Origin: Chthonomonadales bacterium
GTDB lineage: Bacteria; Armatimonadota; Chthonomonadetes; Chthonomonadales; Chthonomonadaceae
Direction: 5' to 3'
Length of the DNA stretch: 12,178 bases
Assembly (NCBI GenBank): GCA_038217285.1
Contig: JBBQPO010000185.1
Coordinates: 1 to 12,178 of the forward strand
Both the position numbers and the translations under genes were made by a program. Numbering within the stretch: the first letter of the stretch is position 1; each line of letters begins with the position of its first letter. A model generated the notes under the pieces. The model did no database searches and had not been told where the DNA came from. It was given only the letters and a program-made list of their open reading frames with translations. Positions 1 through 5,704 of the stretch are shown here, one piece after another.

Positions 1-330
1 TCCCCAATAGGCGACCACATAGTCGGGTTCCACGCGATAGCGCTCCGCTGCGACCTCGCGCCGCAGCACCGCCTCGAACGCTGTCCGTCTCATTTCGATC
101 GAATAGCCCGCCACTCCGGCGCAAACCGCCGCGAAACGCAGGTCGAAGCGGCCCGCCGCACGGCAAGCCTCATCAACAGCGGTACGCACGGAAAGGGCGA
201 GCGACGCATCGTCCTGGAACGCGATGTTGCCCGGCCCGCCCGTGCCGCGCCCGCACTCCTGTCCCTCCGCGTCGGTAATGACCGCGAGGGTTTTCGTGCC
301 GCCGCCGTCGATGCCGAGAAAGTAGTTCAT
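1..330 (-). CDS. BadF/BadG/BcrA/BcrD ATPase family protein (N-acetylglucosamine kinase-like sugar kinase), partial; 3' end runs off the window
   Basis: Not in the ORF track. My translation from ATG at 330 (in-frame GTG at 333) gives MNYFLGIDGGGTKTLAVITDAEGQECGRGTGGPGN...CAGVAGY...EPDYVVAYWG, open to base 1. GIDGGGTKT is the ASKHA phosphate-1 motif; G-P-x-N and G-x-AG are typical of this family. An AGGA SD-like sequence lies upstream. Confidence 0.88.
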   Translation of the reverse strand, partial: MNYFLGIDGGGTKTLAVITDAEGQECGRGTGGPGNIAFQDDASLALSVRTAVDEACRAAGRFDLRFAAVCAGVAGYSIEMRRTAFEAVLRREVAAERYRVEPDYVVAYWG

Positions 331-358
331 CACGTTCGTTTCCTATAGGCTGCCGGTT

Positions 359-1339
359 TCAAACTGTCTCGAACCGACCGGACCGCGCCGACCGATAGAC
401 GGTGTCGATGACCCGCTGCTGTTTGATGGCGTCCTCGCAGTCGTATTCAAGTGGGGTTCCGTCGGTGATGCAGCGCGACAGATGCTCAAACTCCAGTGAC
501 CACTGATTCACGCCGGGAAACGTCTCTCTCTCCGTCTTGCCGTTCACTTCTATCAGAAGCTCCGCGGCCTCCCCCGGCAGAATGGCGTTCGGGCAGAGGA
601 TGCGGCCCTTACTGCCGACCACCTCATAATCGCACCGATAAGGCAGCTCGAAGCCGCAGTCGAAGGTCGCGCGGCCCCCCGGAAACTCCAGGATCGCGGT
701 CGCAAGCATGTCCACATTATATTCGGGATCGAAATCGGCCTGCGCGAAGACACGGGTCGGCTCCGCATCGAAAAGGAATCGCGCTTCACTGATGCAGTAG
801 CACCCGACGTCCATAAGACCGCCGCCCGCAAGTTGGGAGTCCAGGCGCACATTGGGACCGCGTGTGATCATAAACGTGAACGCTGATCGCACAAAGCGCA
901 CCGGGCCGATGTGCCCGTCACGGATCAACTGGCGGGTCCGGCGGTGCATGGGATGGAATCTCCACATAAACGCTTCCATCGCCAGAACGCCGTGTTTCTT
1001 CACGACGGCTGCGACGGCTTCGGCCTCGGCGAGATTCGCCGCGAAAGGCTTTTCGGTCAAGCTGTGTTTGCCAGCTTCGGCAGCCTTGATGGTCCACTCC
1101 GGATGCATGCCATTTGGCAAGGGATTGTAGACCGCCTCGATTTCAGGGTCTGCGAGCAGCTCCTCATAGGAGCCGTACGCCTTCGTAAACCCGAACTCCT
1201 CTGCGAACGCCCGTGCCTTGTCCAGATTGCGACTGGCAATACCGGTCAGTTCTACCCCCTGCGCCTTGAGCATCGCGGGTATCGCGGTACTCTTCGCGAA
1301 CGCCGCACAGCCGAGCACTCCCCACTTCACCTTACGCAT
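359..1339 (-). CDS. Gfo/Idh/MocA family NAD(P)-dependent oxidoreductase (sugar dehydrogenase-like), 326 aa
   Basis: N-terminal Rossmann start KWGVLGCA, then YEELLADPEIEAVY, PNGMHPEW, the EKP motif (LTEKPFA), EAFMWRFHP and GGGLMDVGCY. GAGGA SD upstream of the ATG. Confidence 0.93.
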   Translation of the reverse strand: MRKVKWGVLGCAAFAKSTAIPAMLKAQGVELTGIASRNLDKARAFAEEFGFTKAYGSYEELLADPEIEAVYNPLPNGMHPEWTIKAAEAGKHSLTEKPFAANLAEAEAVAAVVKKHGVLAMEAFMWRFHPMHRRTRQLIRDGHIGPVRFVRSAFTFMITRGPNVRLDSQLAGGGLMDVGCYCISEARFLFDAEPTRVFAQADFDPEYNVDMLATAILEFPGGRATFDCGFELPYRCDYEVVGSKGRILCPNAILPGEAAELLIEVNGKTERETFPGVNQWSLEFEHLSRCITDGTPLEYDCEDAIKQQRVIDTVYRSARSGRFETV

Positions 1340-1448
1340 CTGTCTGTCCTCTTCGTCTCTTGAGATCGAGGCCGATCAGGAACGCGGCTTCCCGCTCCCT
1401 GATGCCGATTTTTGGGATGTCAGGAAGGAATCTTCCTGTAAACGCCTA

Positions 1449-1477
1449 ATAGTAGCACAGATTAGACCGGCTCGCAA
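1449..1477 (-). promoter_or_regulatory. Putative sigma70-type promoter for the oxidoreductase-kinase operon
   Basis: Minus strand reads TTGCGA (1477-1472), a 17-nt spacer ending in TGC (extended -10), then TACTAT (1454-1449). Predicted start near 1442, about 100 nt before the ATG at 1339. Confidence 0.6.
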
Positions 1478-1513
1478 GCGGTGTCGGCGTAGTAACATAG
1501 GGGAGAGTGAGAG

Positions 1514-2074
1514 ATGGCAAGAATTGTAGGAAAAGCACGCCCGACCGTCGAGGGCAGTACCAGTATGAAGTTGTCCGAAATGATCATCATCGGTCTCATC
1601 GTTACCGGTCTTGTGATCGGAGGCGTCTACTACTGGCAGTCGCGGCAGAAGGCCACCTTCGCGCTCAGTCAATTTTTGAGCGCTGTCAACTCTGGCCGCG
1701 CCAAGGACCAGTACGCCCTGATCGACGACGAAGACAAACAGCTCCTTCCTTCCGCCAGTGAGTATGAGAGCAGCAACATTGTCCCTCTCGGCCTCGGCTA
1801 TGCGGAGCGCATTCCGAAGTTTACGACGGGCCCAGAAATCCCCGATCCGAAAGACCCCAATGTCGTCTCGATTCCCGTGACCATGATGGTTATAAATGGG
1901 GGTGGAACCAAAGAACTCTACCAGACGGCCGCGGGCAAGGAGTACAAGGATACCTTTATGGTACGGAAGGACAAGGAAGGGCACTGGAAAGTCTGGCTGA
2001 GCGCGACGTTCCGAGCGGCGAACGGCAAACTCCACCTGATGGAGTCAGCCCCATCACCACGCAGCACCTACTGA
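1514..2074 (+). CDS. Hypothetical single-pass membrane protein with probable NTF2-like (DUF4878-type) extracytoplasmic domain; true start may be ATG 1565
   Basis: Hydrophobic segment MIIIGLIVTGLVIGGVYYW, helix ALSQFLSAVNSGRAKDQYALID, strand VVSIPVTMMV and terminal MVRKDKEGHWKV. GGGAG lies before ATG 1514 and GAGGG before in-frame ATG 1565. The fold call is pattern recognition only. Confidence 0.75.
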   Translation: MARIVGKARPTVEGSTSMKLSEMIIIGLIVTGLVIGGVYYWQSRQKATFALSQFLSAVNSGRAKDQYALIDDEDKQLLPSASEYESSNIVPLGLGYAERIPKFTTGPEIPDPKDPNVVSIPVTMMVINGGGTKELYQTAAGKEYKDTFMVRKDKEGHWKVWLSATFRAANGKLHLMESAPSPRSTY

Positions 2075-2129
2075 ACCGATTTCGCGATGTCATGCCGCGA
2101 ACGCCTGCTTTACTGAAAGGAACTGCCCG

Positions 2130-3023
2130 ATGATCACTTGCCCGCGCTGCGCGCAACAGGTAGATGAGACGACCCGTAACACCTGCCCGAACTGTTTCAC
2201 GCCGTTGCCCGCTCCCGGTCAGCAGGCTGTCGCGCCGTTGCCTGTTCCAGGCCCTCCGCCGCAAGCCTATCCGGGAGCGCCCGGGTCGGCCCAACCGCCC
2301 CAACAACCGTATCCGCCACAACCGTCGATAAACCCCGGCGCCCGGGTCTCCCTGACCGGGGAGGTTATCGAACAGAACGGGCCGTCCGCTCCTCCCCCAA
2401 GTTATGTCGGAGGTGGAGCGGCAGGGCGCCCTTCGGCCGCCATGGCTCCCCGGTCCACCGGACCGGCCTCGTCGCGAACCGCCTACGCCTCACCGCGTTC
2501 CGAGGCACCGGCGAAATCCGGCGGAGCAGGTAAAGTCGTCGTCACCGTCGTCTGTCTGCTGGTACTCGGCGGGTTAGGCGTGGGTGGATGGTGGTTCCTC
2601 CGGCCGCATACCAGTCCGAAGGCAGTGGTGCAGCAGTTCGATACCGCTGTCGCCGCGCAGGACTGGAAAACCGTCTATACGCTCGTCGAAATGCCGTCAG
2701 ACACGAAGTCGAAGTATCCGGACGCGAACGCCTTTGCGACCGACATGACGGATAAACTGCAGCAGGCCAAGTCGAATCCGCTGAGTTCGGCGCTGGTGGA
2801 GAGTCTCATCAAAGCGTATCAGTCCGCACAGGTTGGAGAGCCGACCATCGACGGCGATAGTGCGAAGGTGCCTGTCACGATGAAGATTTCCATAGCGTTT
2901 CTTGGTAAGACGTCGGAGCAAACCAGCACCCAGCAGGTTCCGTTGCGCAGAGTGAACGGGGCCTGGAAAATCGACGGTCTGCAGGGCGCGATGACGGGAG
3001 CCGGGAAACTGGGCGGTATGTAG
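2130..3023 (+). CDS. Zinc-ribbon domain membrane protein: N-terminal CxxC..CxxC, Pro/Ala/Gln/Ser-rich linker, one TM helix, C-terminal NTF2-like (DUF4878-type) domain, 297 aa
   Basis: CPRC...CPNC at the N-terminus; low-complexity linker; TM VVVTVVCLLVLGGLGVGGWWFL; then SPKAVVQQFDTAVAAQDWKTVYTL, GEPTIDGDSAKVPVTM and VPLRRVNGAWKID. AAAGGA SD upstream. Confidence 0.85.
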   Translation: MITCPRCAQQVDETTRNTCPNCFTPLPAPGQQAVAPLPVPGPPPQAYPGAPGSAQPPQQPYPPQPSINPGARVSLTGEVIEQNGPSAPPPSYVGGGAAGRPSAAMAPRSTGPASSRTAYASPRSEAPAKSGGAGKVVVTVVCLLVLGGLGVGGWWFLRPHTSPKAVVQQFDTAVAAQDWKTVYTLVEMPSDTKSKYPDANAFATDMTDKLQQAKSNPLSSALVESLIKAYQSAQVGEPTIDGDSAKVPVTMKISIAFLGKTSEQTSTQQVPLRRVNGAWKIDGLQGAMTGAGKLGGM

Positions 3024-3044
3024 TCACCTAGGATCGGTATCCGG

Positions 3045-3231
3045 AGGGAGTTCCATCGGAAGGCCACCGGGAACACGATTCGGCCCCCACTGAGAGCCCA
3101 TGCCACCACCTTTTCAGCCCTTCAGAACCTTCCGCTCGTGACGAGACAGAGGATCCTAAAGGGCTTTTGAGCGCGCAATCCACAGCGTGAAAGCCTGCTC
3201 GCCTCTAGTGTCTGGTGTTGAAGTCACCCCT
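3045..3231 (-). ncRNA. Candidate structured ncRNA (long imperfect rod); family unassigned
   Basis: Nested helices symmetric about 3140: 3116-3165 hairpin, 3082-3090/3187-3195, 3072-3076/3208-3212, 3065-3068/3214-3217 and possibly 3045-3048/3228-3231. Seven pairs in these helices are G-U on the minus strand but A-C mismatches on plus. No Rfam family recognised and no clear promoter found. Confidence 0.4.
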
Positions 3232-3334
3232 ACCTGTAGCCTCGTTATGGCGCTTCGATAGTCCTCTGAATGTGCTACAAGTCACAATAACCGCAAAAAA
3301 GAGGGAAGAATTTGCAAAAAGCGCCGGTAGACTC

Positions 3335-3363
3335 TTGCGTAACGGCAAGAAATCTGCTAGAAT
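3335..3363 (+). promoter_or_regulatory. Putative sigma70-type promoter for yggS-sepF-proC
   Basis: TTGCGT (3335-3340), a 17-nt spacer ending in TGC (extended -10 TG at 3355-3356), then TAGAAT (3358-3363). A-rich tracts upstream (3295-3320) could act as an UP element. About 100 nt before yggS. Confidence 0.7.
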
Positions 3364-3470
3364 GTAACAGATTCGGCATATATAGGGCCAACTCCGAGAT
3401 TCGGGGCTAGTGATAGACTCGTTTGCTGCGATTCTGACGGAGTTTGTAGGACATTAGGGGAAACGATGGA

Positions 3471-4169
3471 ATGGACGAACCGGAACTCGCGCGGAATGTC
3501 GCGGCGATTCGCTCACGGATCACGCAGGCATGCGATCGTTCCGGACGCAACCCTTCCGCTGTCACCCTCGTCGCCGTCACCAAGACCGTAGCACTGCCTC
3601 GAATACGCGCTGTTTGTGATGCTGGAGTGCGGGAATTTGGGGAGAACTACGTTCAGGAGGCGCTGACGAAAATCGGAGATTCCTATCTCTCCGCCGAACC
3701 CGTGCACTGGCATTTCATCGGGCACCTGCAACGCAACAAAGTGCGAGAGGTTGTCGGGCGCTTCGCACTCATTCACAGTGTCGATTCGTTCGCACTGGCT
3801 GCCGAAATCGGGCGAAGGTCGGAGACAGCCGACCGAATGGCAGACATACTGCTGGAAGTCAAACTGGACCCGACCGCCGCCAAATTCGGTATTGCTCCGG
3901 AACAGACGCTCCTTACGGCGCAAGCCGTTCTGGACATACCGGGCGTTCGTTTGTGTGGACTGATGGGCATGGCGCCGTTCGGATCGGAACCCGAAGCCGC
4001 CCGCCCGGCCTTCCGCACATTGCGAACCCTTTTCGATCAACTGCCTGCCGAGTCGCGCCAGGTCCTCTCGATGGGGATGTCCTCTGATTTTGAGGTCGCC
4101 ATCGAAGAGGGCGCAACGTTGGTGCGCATCGGCACGGCGCTCTTTGGCAGACGACCGCCGCCGGACTGA
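3471..4169 (+). CDS. yggS: Pyridoxal phosphate homeostasis protein, YggS/PLPBP family, 232 aa
   Basis: LVAVTKT (PLP lysine), FGENYVQE, WHFIGHLQRNK, IHSVDS, GLMGM and LSMGMSSDFEVAIEEGATLVRIGTALFG. AGGGG SD at 3456-3460. Confidence 0.97.
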   Translation: MDEPELARNVAAIRSRITQACDRSGRNPSAVTLVAVTKTVALPRIRAVCDAGVREFGENYVQEALTKIGDSYLSAEPVHWHFIGHLQRNKVREVVGRFALIHSVDSFALAAEIGRRSETADRMADILLEVKLDPTAAKFGIAPEQTLLTAQAVLDIPGVRLCGLMGMAPFGSEPEAARPAFRTLRTLFDQLPAESRQVLSMGMSSDFEVAIEEGATLVRIGTALFGRRPPPD

Positions 4170-4290
4170 TACTCGCTGTACCTCGGATCCGATCCCCCCG
4201 TACCGGGCGCAGGCCCGCGTATGCGGAACCGACTCATATCACATCACGGGTCACGATTCGCAGCCACGCATGCGGGGAGGAAACGCAACG

Positions 4291-4749
4291 GTGAACGCAC
4301 AACCACAATCGGACGAAGAGTATCCGCGCCGATCGTTCTGGACGAAATGTAAAGATATGATCATCGGAGTCGAAGAGCCGGAGGAAGACGAGGCTCATCC
4401 CAGTGTCTCGACGCCCGCTGCGCACAAACAGGCGCAACCCCTCCGCCTGCAGATGGCCCGCGGAGGGCGCGTCGCCGTGCGCCTGAATGCACAGGTCTTT
4501 GAAGATGCCAAGGTCGCGGCAGATGGCCTGAAAGGCGGCGAACAGCAGGTCGTCAACCTAGAAAAAGCCACGCCTCAGATGGCGGAGCGTATCATCGATT
4601 TTCTGAATGGCGTCTGCTATGCGCTGGACGGAACCGTCGAGCGCGTCGGTGAGCGTGTCTACATGTTCGTTCCAGCCAATATCGCGGTGGATGTAGACCA
4701 GGGCGCGACGGCTGCCAGTACGGCGCGCCGCACGAACTACGGAGACTAG
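4291..4749 (+). CDS. sepF: Cell division protein SepF, 152 aa from GTG 4291 (ORF-track start at 4090 is too long)
   Basis: Amphipathic SFWTKCKDMIIG followed by an acidic linker, then the SepF core FEDAKVAADGLKGGEQQVVNLE...AERIIDFLNGVCYALDGTVERVGERVYMFVPANI. GGAGG SD at 4276-4280. Its position after yggS is a conserved arrangement. Confidence 0.93.
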   Translation: MNAQPQSDEEYPRRSFWTKCKDMIIGVEEPEEDEAHPSVSTPAAHKQAQPLRLQMARGGRVAVRLNAQVFEDAKVAADGLKGGEQQVVNLEKATPQMAERIIDFLNGVCYALDGTVERVGERVYMFVPANIAVDVDQGATAASTARRTNYGD

Positions 4750-4781
4750 AGGGGCCACGGGGGCCTGACTGAGAGAAGGCT

Positions 4782-5606
4782 ATGCTTACCGAAAAACGTA
4801 TCGGCATCATCGGGGCCGGAGCGATGGGCGGCGCGCTGTGCAGGGGTCTGATCCTTGCACAGGCCGCGCTGCCCACGCGCATCCTCGTGAGCGACCCCCA
4901 TACCGACCACGTTGAAAATCTAAAAAATACCTTGAATATCAAGGTGGCGAAAAACAATGCGCAGGTCGCCCTTCACACGGACATTATTGTGCTTGCGGTT
5001 AAGCCGTACACCATTCCTGCCGTTATGGAGGAGATCCGCGACAGCCTGAAACGGGAAGATGGCAAGCCGTTTCCCCTGCTGATCTGTATTGCGGCAGGCA
5101 CCCGCACCGCCAAAATCGAGTCTTATCTGGAAGACCCGGTGCCCATCGTTCGCGCAATGCCGAATACGCCCGCGCAGGTGCTCAAGGGCGCCTGCGCCTA
5201 CTGTCGGGGCACTTATGCGACCGACGAACATATCGCGCAGACCGGGGCGATCTTCCAGTCGGTCGGCATCGGGGTCGAAGTGCCGGAATCGATGATGGAC
5301 GCGGTCACGGCGTTGTCCGGATCGGGTCCGGCCTATATCTATCTTATGATCGAAGCCATGATCGATGGCGGCGTTCGCGCCGGCCTGCCCAGGGATATTG
5401 CCTCCCAGTTGGCTTCTCAGACGGTGCTCGGCGCAGCACAGATGGTCATCGAAACCGGAAAGCACCCGGCGCAACTTCGGGATATGGTGACGACTCCGGC
5501 TGGAACGACCATTGAAGCGATCGCCTCTCTGGAACATTCGGGGCTCCGAGCCGCCCTTATCGACGCGATCGGTAAGGCCGCGCAGAGATCGAAAGAGTTG
5601 GGTTAG
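4782..5606 (+). CDS. proC: Pyrroline-5-carboxylate reductase, 274 aa
   Basis: IGIIGAGAMG Rossmann motif, LAVKP, IAAG, VRAMPNTP, DAVTALSGSGPAY and LRDMVTTPAGTT. Confidence 0.97.
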   Translation: MLTEKRIGIIGAGAMGGALCRGLILAQAALPTRILVSDPHTDHVENLKNTLNIKVAKNNAQVALHTDIIVLAVKPYTIPAVMEEIRDSLKREDGKPFPLLICIAAGTRTAKIESYLEDPVPIVRAMPNTPAQVLKGACAYCRGTYATDEHIAQTGAIFQSVGIGVEVPESMMDAVTALSGSGPAYIYLMIEAMIDGGVRAGLPRDIASQLASQTVLGAAQMVIETGKHPAQLRDMVTTPAGTTIEAIASLEHSGLRAALIDAIGKAAQRSKELG

Positions 5607-5645
5607 CGGCTGTTACATATCGGCCCATTCACTCGTCTATACGGA

Positions 5646-5679
5646 TAAGCGGCGCGAAGCTTCGCGCCGCTTACTTTTT
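5646..5679 (+). terminator. Rho-independent terminator after proC
   Basis: Perfect inverted repeat TAAGCGGCGCGAAG/CTTCGCGCCGCTTA (5646-5673) followed by CTTTTT, about 40 nt after the proC stop. Confidence 0.8.
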
Positions 5680-5704
5680 CGTATCCGTTCGGAAAGGCCC
5701 CGTC

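Noticed and set aside
1471..1498. Plus-strand promoter for the 1514 gene (TAACAT at 1493-1498)
   Set aside because: The -10 is plausible, but there is no good -35 at 16-18 nt and no TG extension, so it is too weak to call.
1376..2035. 219-aa minus-strand ORF and other long antisense or alternate-frame ORFs (e.g. 911-1363, 4920-5537, 6520-7320, 8323-9078, 8943-9728)
   Set aside because: They overlap well-supported genes, lack recognisable motifs and are expected shadows in high-GC coding DNA.
2200..2520. Repetitive CAACCG/CCG-rich stretch as a DNA repeat or CRISPR-like array
   Set aside because: It is explained by Pro/Gln codons in the linker, with no constant-length repeat-spacer periodicity.
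3100..3141. Small ORF MPPPFQPFRTFRS in the intergenic region
   Set aside because: It is only 13 codons with no convincing SD, and it lies inside the predicted hairpin; chance-level.
3024..3470. tRNA, tmRNA, RNase P RNA, SRP RNA or a known riboswitch in the large intergenic region
   Set aside because: I found no cloverleaf or T-loop, no tmRNA termini, no GAGGAAAGUCC, no SRP helix-8 motif and no recognisable aptamer consensus on either strand. Only the unassigned rod is reported.
4200..4222. GTACCGGGC-GCAG-GCCCGCGTAT hairpin between yggS and sepF as a terminator
   Set aside because: The core stem is short and has no U-tract. At most it is an mRNA stability element, and such stems are common at this GC content.
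4090..4290. Long N-terminal extension of SepF (219-aa ORF)
   Set aside because: It overlaps the yggS 3' end and reads as non-protein-like. The GGAGG SD supports GTG 4291.
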